NCBI GenBank assembly: GCA_046484945.1
Contig: JAWOHY010000026.1
Coordinates: forward strand, 2,073 to 66,072
DNA length: 64,000 bases
Source: Bacteroidales bacterium
GTDB lineage: Bacteria; Bacteroidota; Bacteroidia; Bacteroidales; JAGOPY01
Direction of reading: 5' to 3'
Position 1 is the stretch's first letter. Every line of letters begins with the position of its first letter. The notes under the pieces were generated by a model, which made no database searches, was not told where the DNA came from, and saw nothing but the letters and a program-made list of their open reading frames with translations. A program made the position numbers and the translations under genes. Shown here one piece after another: positions 31,138 through 38,828 of this stretch.

Positions 31138-32058
31138 ATGAAAAAAGTATTGGTAGCTACCGAAAAGCCTTTTGCCGCAGCGGCGGTGAATGGGATCCGG
31201 TCCATCACAGAGGATACCGGGTATGAATTGATGTTACTGGAAAAGTACACTGATCCGGCCGACCTGCTGAAAGCAGTCGAGTCTGCCGATGCGCTGATCG
31301 TCAGGAGCGACCTGGTCACCCCTGAAGTGATCCGGGCTGGCAGGAACCTCAAGATCGTGGTACGGGCCGGCGCCGGTTTCGACAATATCAACCTTCCCGC
31401 TGCCACGGATGCCGGGGTGGTGGTGATGAACACCCCCGGCCAGAACTCCAACGCCGTGGCCGAGCTGGTTTTCGGTATGATGATATACCAGGTACGCAGC
31501 CAGTTCAGCGGCGCCTCTGGTACCGAACTGCTGGGTAAAACCATCGGCCTCCACGCTTATGGCAATGTCGGCAAAAACGTCGCCCGGATCGCCAAAGGAT
31601 TTGGCATGACAGTCATGGCCTTCGACCCATTCATCGAAAAGGATGTGATGATCCATGATAAAATCAAACCGGTAAACAGTTTAGAAGAGCTCTATTCAAG
31701 CTGCCATTTCGTGTCGCTGCATATCCCGGCCAATGAACAGACCAAGAAGTCGATCAATTATGATCTTATGTCGAAAATGCCGAAGGGAGCCATGCTGGTC
31801 AATACGGCGCGGAAAGAGGTGGTTTGCGAAGACTCGCTGCAGCGCATATTTGCCGAAAGGGACGACTTCCGCTATGTATCGGATGTAGCCCCTGAATGCC
31901 TGGCCGCCCTGAAGGAGAATTACGCCGGACGGTTCTTTGTCACCCCCAAAAAAATGGGTGCCCAGACATCTGAAGCCAACGTAAACGCGGGCCTGGCCGC
32001 CGCACGGCAGATTGTGGATTTCTTCGAAAAGGGAGATACCCGGTTTAAAGTCAATTAA
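31138..32058 (+). CDS. serA: D-3-phosphoglycerate dehydrogenase / D-isomer 2-hydroxyacid dehydrogenase
   Basis: ORF 31114..32058. Start taken at MKKVLVATEK (31132 is also possible). Contains the NAD-binding motif GLHAYGNVGKNVA and the catalytic region HIPAN...NTARKEVV. Confidence 0.85.
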   Translation: MKKVLVATEKPFAAAAVNGIRSITEDTGYELMLLEKYTDPADLLKAVESADALIVRSDLVTPEVIRAGRNLKIVVRAGAGFDNINLPAATDAGVVVMNTPGQNSNAVAELVFGMMIYQVRSQFSGASGTELLGKTIGLHAYGNVGKNVARIAKGFGMTVMAFDPFIEKDVMIHDKIKPVNSLEELYSSCHFVSLHIPANEQTKKSINYDLMSKMPKGAMLVNTARKEVVCEDSLQRIFAERDDFRYVSDVAPECLAALKENYAGRFFVTPKKMGAQTSEANVNAGLAAARQIVDFFEKGDTRFKVN

Positions 32059-32072
32059 CGTCACCATATGAA

Positions 32073-32126
32073 AAGAGGCTGTTCCGGTGCAATCGGTCTC
32101 CCGGTAACATGAACAACCTCTTTTTT
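32073..32126 (+). terminator. Hairpin plus T-run after serA
   Basis: AAGAGGCTGTT ... AACAACCTCTT (one mismatch) followed by TTTTTT at 32121-32126. Confidence 0.5.
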
Positions 32127-32168
32127 ACCTTTTGTTCACTTAAAAGTAAACCAATTAATACTACTATT

Positions 32169-32630
32169 ATGGAAACTGCATCATCCGAAAACAACCCCAC
32201 TTTTTTCAGGTTTGAGGATTTACGGATCTATCACAAAGCCCTGGAGTTTTCCGCCTGGGTCCACAAGGCGACCGTTTCCTTTCCGGAAACTTACCAGGAC
32301 AACATCGGCATTCGTTTCAATGAAGCGGCCCGGTCTATCGCCCTCCATATCGCCGAAGGATCGGCGCGAAACAAAAGCCAGTTTATCTATTACCTGAAGA
32401 TGGCAAAAAGTTCGATCCGGGAATCCCTGGTCATGACTTCCATCGTTTACAGCCTGGGATATCTCACGGAAAAACAACAGGAAGAATCCCGGAATTATCT
32501 AATGGAACTCACCAAGATGACCGGGGCTTTGATCTCGTCATTACAAAGAACATCTACCGGAGGTCATGATACGGATGATGATGATAACGACCCTCCGCAT
32601 CACCGGTATCGTCCTGATGGAAACTACTAA
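32169..32630 (+). CDS. Four-helix-bundle protein (23S rRNA intervening-sequence protein family, TIGR02436 / Avd-like fold)
   Basis: ORF 32109..32630. ATG 32169 gives METASS...FRFEDLRIYHKALEF...IAEGSARNKSQFIYYLKMAKSSIRE, the family signature. The C-terminal tail is unusually acidic and His-rich. Confidence 0.75.
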   Translation: METASSENNPTFFRFEDLRIYHKALEFSAWVHKATVSFPETYQDNIGIRFNEAARSIALHIAEGSARNKSQFIYYLKMAKSSIRESLVMTSIVYSLGYLTEKQQEESRNYLMELTKMTGALISSLQRTSTGGHDTDDDDNDPPHHRYRPDGNY

Positions 32631-32653
32631 CACTCAAATAACAACAAAATCTT

Positions 32654-33901
32654 ATGGCAGTAATTAAAGCTTTTCGCGGACTTCGGCCGCCCGCGGAAAT
32701 TGTAAAAGAATTAGCATCCAGGCCGTATGATGTGCTTGATTCCAATGAAGCCCGGATCGAAGTACAGGGAAATGAGTATTCGCTCCTGCATATAATCAAG
32801 CCGGAGGTTGATCTTCCTGAAGAAACCGATCTGTATTCACAGGCAGTATATGACAAAGCCGCCGAAAACTTCCGCAAGTTCCGGGAGCAGGGATGGCTGA
32901 AGCAGGATCCCGAAGATCATTTGTATATCTATGCCCAGACCATGAACGGCAAGACCCAGTATGGACTGGTGGCCTGCGCTTCTGTCGATGATTACCTGAA
33001 CAACGTGATCCTGAAACATGAGCTGACCCGGCCCGATAAGGAAGAAGACCGCAAGAAGCATGTCAGGGTGACCAATGCCAACATGGAACCGGTCTTTTTC
33101 AGCTATCCGGCACACGCTGAAATAGATAAGATCATTGCTGCATACGTTCAGGAGCATGCACCGGAGTACGACTTCACATCGGTTGACGGGATCGGGCACC
33201 ACTTCTGGGTCATCCGCGACCAGCAGACCAACCGGGAGCTGATCAGGTTGTTTTCAGGCGTGCCGAACGTATATGTGGCTGACGGTCACCACCGGACCGC
33301 AGCGGCGGCGCTGGTCGGGCTCGAGAAAAAGCAGGCCAATCCAAACCATAACGGCACAGAGGAATATAATTATTTCCTGGCTGTGCATTTCCCCGATAAT
33401 CAACTGACGATCATCGACTACAACCGGGTGGTGAAAGACCTGAACGGACTGGATCAGGAGACTTTCCTGAAAAAACTGGAAACGCACTTTGAAGTCAGAT
33501 GGCATGGTTCAGGCATATACAAGCCCGACAGGCTGCATAATTTCGGCATGTACCTGGATAAGAAGTGGTATTCACTGACTGCGAAACCGGGCACATACAA
33601 CGACCAGGACCCGATCGGCGTGCTGGATGTGACCATTCTGTCAAAGCTGGTTTTGGATGAGATCCTGGGGATCAAGGACCTGCGCCGTGACAAGCGGATC
33701 GACTTCGTGGGTGGCATCCGCGGGCTGGGCGAACTGGAAAAAAGGGTTGACAGCGGCGAAATGGCCGTTGCCTTTGCGCTTTTCCCCGTTTCCATGAAGC
33801 AACTGATCGACATTGCCGATACCGGGAATATCATGCCGCCAAAGACCACATGGTTTGAGCCAAAGCTCAGGAGCGGGCTGGTCGTTCACCTGTTGGATTA
33901 A
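32654..33901 (+). CDS. DUF1015 domain-containing protein
   Basis: 415 aa. Contains IKAFRGLRP...YDVL and ADGHHR, and sits in the conserved position after serC-serA in Bacteroidota. Confidence 0.8.
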   Translation: MAVIKAFRGLRPPAEIVKELASRPYDVLDSNEARIEVQGNEYSLLHIIKPEVDLPEETDLYSQAVYDKAAENFRKFREQGWLKQDPEDHLYIYAQTMNGKTQYGLVACASVDDYLNNVILKHELTRPDKEEDRKKHVRVTNANMEPVFFSYPAHAEIDKIIAAYVQEHAPEYDFTSVDGIGHHFWVIRDQQTNRELIRLFSGVPNVYVADGHHRTAAAALVGLEKKQANPNHNGTEEYNYFLAVHFPDNQLTIIDYNRVVKDLNGLDQETFLKKLETHFEVRWHGSGIYKPDRLHNFGMYLDKKWYSLTAKPGTYNDQDPIGVLDVTILSKLVLDEILGIKDLRRDKRIDFVGGIRGLGELEKRVDSGEMAVAFALFPVSMKQLIDIADTGNIMPPKTTWFEPKLRSGLVVHLLD

Positions 33902-33905
33902 GCCC

Positions 33906-35777
33906 TTACATATCGAGGAAGTCCTGGAAAAGCACCTGGACGTAAGATTTTCCCTGACGTATGAAGTCTTCTATTTGCTGTTCGGCGGTTCCTTCCGGGA
34001 AGTCCTTCTTATAAAAGTGCTGCCACTTCATGCTATAGACCACCTCTCCTGCAGGGGTTTTCCACATGTAACCATTGTTGAGAACCACGTAAGCAAATTC
34101 CGGTGAATAAGGATTAAAAAGATCCGATCCCCAGGGAAATTCGTCAGAGGGTAAATTGACCTGGTTGAGCAGGGTTTTGGTAAAACTGGTGTTGTCGGCA
34201 ATCCGGTGCACCTGCGTACCCCGCCATTCGTCTTTCAAAACATCTCCATAGAAAAACAGGGGAATGTGATGGTATTCATAGCTTTCATAGCGCCAGTGAC
34301 GGTATGAGTTATGCCCGTGATCAGCCATGATGACAAACAATGTGTTGGGATACCAGGGTTGCTTTCTCGCTTCCCGGAAAAAATCACCCAGGGCTTTGTC
34401 GGAGTAATAAGCAGAATTGATAAATGGATTTTCCGTCCCCGCCCAGTCGATCACCGGTTCCATCGGATGGTCATAGGGAGAATGGGAGCTAAGGGTGAAG
34501 ATCATGCTGAGGAACGGCTCGGGGAATTCGTTGATCTTATCATGAAACACCTCGTAAAGGAACTCATCATGCACGCCCAGGCGCCCCCTGGGATAATGCG
34601 ACGGGATCGTTTTTTCCTCTATCATGTAGTGGAACTGGTTGAAAAGCGCGTAGGCCCTCATGTTTCCATAATCGAGCTGCCCTCCGTAGAAGAACGATGA
34701 ATGGTATCCTTCATTATTCAGCATCCGGATCATGCTGGGCATCTTTTTGAACTTTTGCGGATTCTCGGTGAAGGTGGTGTAAGGGAGGGCGGGATGACCG
34801 CCGAGCATCGTGGCAAAAGCTTCGTGTGACCGGTTCCCGGAACAATAAAACCTTGTGAATAAGATGCCGTCTTTCTCCAGTCTGGCAAATTCAGGGGTAA
34901 TGCCCGGCTCAGCGCCCAGCGATTCGATCAGGTCGGCCGTCCAGCTCTCCATCAGCAAAATGACAATATTGGGCCGGTTATTTTTCAGGATGCTGATTGT
35001 CGTATCTTTTTCAACATGCAGGATCTGGCGGACTGTTCCACGGGCCTCTTCGATATCATAGAAGCCATACAGGCCATGTTTTTTGTACCTGTTGGTTTCC
35101 AGCATATTGACGGCCAGGTGGTACCCCGAATTCACCGTCGCCCAGTTCAGGATCATGTGGTGGGAATAATGAGCGGCGCTCTGGGAAATGGGGATGGCAT
35201 CGAAACCGCCGCGCAATACCACAAACAGCGATGGCAGGATGATGAGGATGTAAATGACCGGGCTGAGGAGCCACCTGGCCCGGGCGGTGATCCTGGTAAA
35301 AAAGACTTTCAGGTAAAGCAGGAATGAGCCGGTTGTGAGAATGATGAATATGCCCAGCAGGAGAAAAAACAGCCAGGCCGGTATGGAATAATAGGCTTCA
35401 TCGATATGCTGCAGGTGGATGAAAGCACTGGTTGTCAGCTTGGTCTTCCATTCGGGGTAGATCCCCAGTTCGATGGCTGTCAGGAGCGACCAGGCCAGGA
35501 TAACGATGAAGTAGTAAATCTTCATGACGATATCGAGCCATTTCGCCCTGAAAAGCCCCTGCAGGAAAAGAAAAAAGGCAGGGATAACCATAATATAGGC
35601 CGCTGTGGCGGTATCGAGCTTCAGGGCCTGCCAGAAAGACAATAGAGCCTCCCCTGCCCCGATCTCCTCCTGTGATAAAAGCCTTATGTTAAACAGAAGG
35701 AACACAGCCCGGAGGAGCAGGAAAAATACCATCAAAAAAAGGTATTGCTTTAATAATGATAACAGGATCCTTTTCAT
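33906..35777 (-). CDS. LTA synthase-family sulfatase-like transferase (membrane-anchored phosphoglycerol/phosphoethanolamine transferase type)
   Basis: 623 aa. Has 5 N-terminal TM helices and an alkaline-phosphatase-superfamily domain (ESW...D, MADHGH). Confidence 0.8.
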   Translation of the reverse strand: MKRILLSLLKQYLFLMVFFLLLRAVFLLFNIRLLSQEEIGAGEALLSFWQALKLDTATAAYIMVIPAFFLFLQGLFRAKWLDIVMKIYYFIVILAWSLLTAIELGIYPEWKTKLTTSAFIHLQHIDEAYYSIPAWLFFLLLGIFIILTTGSFLLYLKVFFTRITARARWLLSPVIYILIILPSLFVVLRGGFDAIPISQSAAHYSHHMILNWATVNSGYHLAVNMLETNRYKKHGLYGFYDIEEARGTVRQILHVEKDTTISILKNNRPNIVILLMESWTADLIESLGAEPGITPEFARLEKDGILFTRFYCSGNRSHEAFATMLGGHPALPYTTFTENPQKFKKMPSMIRMLNNEGYHSSFFYGGQLDYGNMRAYALFNQFHYMIEEKTIPSHYPRGRLGVHDEFLYEVFHDKINEFPEPFLSMIFTLSSHSPYDHPMEPVIDWAGTENPFINSAYYSDKALGDFFREARKQPWYPNTLFVIMADHGHNSYRHWRYESYEYHHIPLFFYGDVLKDEWRGTQVHRIADNTSFTKTLLNQVNLPSDEFPWGSDLFNPYSPEFAYVVLNNGYMWKTPAGEVVYSMKWQHFYKKDFPEGTAEQQIEDFIRQGKSYVQVLFQDFLDM

Positions 35778-35857
35778 ATTTTTTCAGTGCCGCAAAAATA
35801 TAAATAAAGAATTGAATAAAATTGCGTAACTTTTGCCATTCAAAACAACGATAAATC

Positions 35858-36505
35858 ATGCATCATCTTCATGAAATATTGGCATCGCTTCCCTCCCATG
35901 TCAGGCTGGTCGTGGTTTCCAAGACGATACAGCCCGATGTGCTGATGGAAGTGTACCGTTCGGGCCACCGGGCATTCGGTGAGAACCGGGCGCAGGAACT
36001 GATCACCAAGCAGCCATTGCTTCCACCTGACATTCAATGGCATTTCATCGGTCATCTGCAAACGAACAAAGTGAAATATATCGCCCCCTTCGTCGAAATG
36101 ATCGAGTCGGTGGATTCATTGAAATTATTGAAGGAAATTAACAAGGAAGCGGCAAAGAACGACAGGGTGATCAAATGCCTGCTGCAATTCCATATTGCCG
36201 AGGAAGAGACCAAATATGGCCTTGACATGCAGGAGGCGAAAGATATCCTGACCTGCCCGGACTTTTCTGCAATGAAAAATATCATCATTTGCGGTGTGAT
36301 GGGCATGGCGACATTCACCGATGAAGCGGACCAGGTGCGGCAGGAGTTCCGGAAACTGAAAAAGAACTTTGATGAATTGAAAGACAAGTACTTCCCTGAC
36401 GATCCGTCATTTTGCGAAATCAGCATGGGCATGTCGGGCGATTATCAGATTGCAGTGGAAGAAGGCAGCACGATGGTCCGCATCGGAAGCGCAATCTTTC
36501 ATTAG
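35858..36505 (+). CDS. yggS: YggS-family pyridoxal-phosphate homeostasis protein
   Basis: 215 aa. Contains VSKT (PLP lysine), FGENRAQE, WHFIGHLQTNK and SMGMSGDY. Confidence 0.92.
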   Translation: MHHLHEILASLPSHVRLVVVSKTIQPDVLMEVYRSGHRAFGENRAQELITKQPLLPPDIQWHFIGHLQTNKVKYIAPFVEMIESVDSLKLLKEINKEAAKNDRVIKCLLQFHIAEEETKYGLDMQEAKDILTCPDFSAMKNIIICGVMGMATFTDEADQVRQEFRKLKKNFDELKDKYFPDDPSFCEISMGMSGDYQIAVEEGSTMVRIGSAIFH

Positions 36506-36538
36506 TTCAAAGTTCAAAAGGCAAAGTTCAAAGTTGAG
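36504..36538. repeat. Tandem heptamer array (AGTTCAA) x5
   Basis: agttcaa agttcaa aaggcaa agttcaa agttgag. The first unit overlaps the yggS TAG stop (36503-36505). Confidence 0.85.
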
Positions 36539-36567
36539 TAATTCAGTTTATAGTTTATAATCGAACA

Positions 36568-36606
36568 CTTACCGTCCTACCGTCTTACAGTCTTAAAGTT
36601 TTACAG
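36568..36606. repeat. Tandem octamer array (CTTACCGT) x5
   Basis: cttaccgt cctaccgt cttacagt cttaaagt tttacag. The last units encode the galK C-terminus and its stop (minus strand, 36593-36595). Confidence 0.85.
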
Positions 36607-37789
36607 CCCCAACCCCCTCTCCTATTTCAGGCAAATAGAATTCCGCTGCCAATTTTGTTCTGTTGGAATATTCTTCCTTCACTTTCTTTAAAAAGTCCTC
36701 CAGGCACTCTTCCCTCACAAATGCTACAGCGCAGCCGCCGAAACCGGCGCCGGTCATTCGGGCTCCAGGGACTCCATCCCGGCTCATCATGCTTTCCACC
36801 AGGGCGTCCAGCTCGTGGCCGGTGACTTCATAATCGTCGCGCAGAGACTGATGGGATTCCGTCATGAGCCTGCCGAGCTGTTCCAAATCGCTGTTCATCA
36901 AGGCTTTCACCGCTTCCAGGACTCGCTTGTTCTCCGAAACGACATGCCGTGCCCTTTTTAACGCCACCGGGTCTTTGATCAGGCGCTGGGCTTCCAGGAA
37001 CTGCTCCATGCCGAGTTCCCCCAGGGAACCAATTGCAAAAGTTTTGGAAAGATAATCCAGCGCCTTCCGGCATTCGGCCACTCTTTCGTTGTATTTTGAA
37101 TCGGCCAGGCCACGCTTTTTATTCGTGTTGGCAATCACCAGCCGGTAACCCGGAAATCTGGCCGGCACATGATGGTAGGCCAGCGTGCCGCAATTCAGGA
37201 AAATGGCATGGTCCTTTTTACCGTGCCCCACCGCGAACTGGTCCATGATGCCGCAATTCACCCCGACAAATTCATTTTCAGCCTTTCTGGATAAATGGAC
37301 CAGGTCCGTGACATCCAGGTTCCAGCCGAACATATCGTTCAGGGCAAAGGCGGTAACCATTTCAATGGAAGCTGAAGAGGAAAGGCCGGCTGCCGGTGGG
37401 ATATTGCCTGAGAAAAACAGCTCCAGCCCAGGGGTTTCCAACCCTGGGGTTTCCAACCCCAGGGTTGGAAACCCTCTTTGCCGGAACATTTGGATCACCC
37501 CCAGGGGATAATTGATCCAACTGTCGCTGTGCCTGGTGTAGTGATCCTTGACAGGTATCTCTGCCGTTTCATCGAAATTGGAGCTTCTGAACCGGATCAC
37601 CGGATCGCTTATCCTGCGAACTGCCAAGTGCGTGCCGAAACTCAGCGCGCAGGGCAAAACAAAGCCATTGTTGTAATCGGTGTGCTCGCCGATGAGATTG
37701 ACGCGGCCGGGGGCGAAGTAACAATGAATTCCTTTGCTGCTGCCTCCATAGGCATTTAAGAAACTGTCCTTCAAGTTACCAATAATCAT
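36593..37789 (-). CDS. galK: Galactokinase, carrying an in-frame GLETP repeat insertion
   Basis: 398 aa. Contains the galactokinase signature GRVNLIGEHTDYN, the GHMP motif PPAAGLSSSAS, and C-terminal MTGAGFGGC. The segment GLETPGLETPGLE precedes the GHMP motif. Confidence 0.93.
   Translation of the reverse strand: MIIGNLKDSFLNAYGGSSKGIHCYFAPGRVNLIGEHTDYNNGFVLPCALSFGTHLAVRRISDPVIRFRSSNFDETAEIPVKDHYTRHSDSWINYPLGVIQMFRQRGFPTLGLETPGLETPGLELFFSGNIPPAAGLSSSASIEMVTAFALNDMFGWNLDVTDLVHLSRKAENEFVGVNCGIMDQFAVGHGKKDHAIFLNCGTLAYHHVPARFPGYRLVIANTNKKRGLADSKYNERVAECRKALDYLSKTFAIGSLGELGMEQFLEAQRLIKDPVALKRARHVVSENKRVLEAVKALMNSDLEQLGRLMTESHQSLRDDYEVTGHELDALVESMMSRDGVPGARMTGAGFGGCAVAFVREECLEDFLKKVKEEYSNRTKLAAEFYLPEIGEGVGAVKL
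37427..37474. repeat. In-frame 15-bp tandem repeat plus perfect 13-bp inverted repeat inside galK
   Basis: cccaggggtttccaa / ccctggggtttccaa / ccccagggttggaaaccc. GGGTTTCCAACCC (37447-37459) is the exact reverse complement of GGGTTGGAAACCC (37462-37474). Confidence 0.9.
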
Positions 37790-37830
37790 TACTAATTTTT
37801 TTGCTTAAAGATGCTCGCTCTATCAAAACA

Positions 37831-38586
37831 ATGGCTAAATTTAACAGGAATTTTCACCCATTATTCATGAACCGGATATATTTTAAACAAATAAGGGGTA
37901 TGGCCGTGACTATTGGCAAATGGTTCTTTGGCATCCTGGGGTTGATTGCTTTTCTGATGATAGTATTAAGCTTCACCTCTCTTCCCTACCATGCATATCA
38001 TCACCTGGGGACGAAAAACTCAACGCTGCACGGCGACCCGGATCTCATCATCCTGCTCGGGGGCAGCGGCATGCCCAGTCCGGATGGCCTGATCCGTACT
38101 TTTTACACAGCACAGGCCGCCATGAAACACTCAAAAGCCAGTATCGTTATTGCCCATCCCTTTGGAATGGTCGACAGCCTGAACCACCTTAACCTGATGG
38201 CCAGTGAACTGACCTGCAAGGGGATTGATTCTTCAAGAATAGCATTTGAGCCTCATGGCTTTAACACCCGCTCGCAAGCCTTACAGATTGCCGCCATGTA
38301 TGGTGATGAAAAGAATCACCTTTCAGTGCTGCTGGTCACTTCCCCGGAACATATGTACCGGGCGGTAAAAACATTTAACAAGGCCGGATTTCCCCATGTG
38401 GGTGGATTTTCTGCATTTGAGAGGCCCATTGATGAAGAAAAAATTATCGACACGACAGAAAATGAAGATATAAGAGTCAGGAGCCTGTCGCTGCGATACA
38501 ACATATGGAGTTACCTCCAGTATGAACTGATCGTATTGAAGGAATACTCGGCCATTGCATATTATAAGCTCAAGGGGTGGATTTGA
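37831..38586 (+). CDS. YdcF/ElyC-family (DUF218) protein
   Basis: The ORF is drawn from TTG 37801; the first ATG is at 37831. Has one TM helix followed by the DUF218 pattern ILLGGSG...LLVTSPEHMYRA. Confidence 0.7.
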   Translation: MAKFNRNFHPLFMNRIYFKQIRGMAVTIGKWFFGILGLIAFLMIVLSFTSLPYHAYHHLGTKNSTLHGDPDLIILLGGSGMPSPDGLIRTFYTAQAAMKHSKASIVIAHPFGMVDSLNHLNLMASELTCKGIDSSRIAFEPHGFNTRSQALQIAAMYGDEKNHLSVLLVTSPEHMYRAVKTFNKAGFPHVGGFSAFERPIDEEKIIDTTENEDIRVRSLSLRYNIWSYLQYELIVLKEYSAIAYYKLKGWI

Positions 38587-38652
38587 CCCGTTATTAATTT
38601 ATCTCTCAGCAAAAACAATATTCTGAATGACTGTTCCAACCATTTTTATTTG

Positions 38653-38660
38653 TATTTTTG
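38653..38660 (+). promoter_or_regulatory. Bacteroidota -7 promoter box (tRNA-Arg)
   Basis: TATTTTTG, 17 nt upstream of the tRNA 5' end. Confidence 0.45.
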
Positions 38661-38677
38661 CATCGCTTTTAAGCGAT

Positions 38678-38751
38678 GGACCCGTAGCTTAACTGGATAG
38701 AGCATCTGACTACGGATCAGAAGGTTGGGGATTCGACTTCCTCCGGGTTCA
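38678..38751 (+). tRNA. tRNA-Arg (anticodon ACG)
   Basis: 74 nt cloverleaf folded by hand. Acceptor stem GGACCCG/CGGGTTC, D-arm GCTTAACTGGATAGAGC, anticodon stem TCTGA/TCAGA with loop CTACGGA (anticodon ACG), and T-arm GGGGATTCGACTTCC. No CCA is encoded. A TAnnTTTG box lies 17 nt upstream. Confidence 0.9.
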
Positions 38752-38762
38752 CGGATAGTTTT

Positions 38763-38787
38763 CAGGAGACAGGAGACAGGAGACAGT
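38763..38787. repeat. Tandem heptamer (CAGGAGA) x3 just downstream of tRNA-Arg
   Basis: caggaga caggaga caggaga cagt. Confidence 0.8.
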
Positions 38788-38812
38788 CAATAGTAAGGTT
38801 GGCTGTTTTTTT

Positions 38813-38820
38813 TATCTTTG
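38813..38820 (+). promoter_or_regulatory. Bacteroidota -7 promoter box (alpha/beta hydrolase gene)
   Basis: TATCTTTG, 8 nt upstream of ATG 38829, implying a very short leader. Confidence 0.35.
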
Positions 38821-38828
38821 GTATCATA

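Noticed and set aside
32169-32630. The four-helix-bundle protein as the Avd component of a diversity-generating retroelement
   Set aside because: No reverse transcriptase, template/variable repeat pair, or target gene with a C-type lectin fold occurs anywhere in the window. The flanks are serA and DUF1015.
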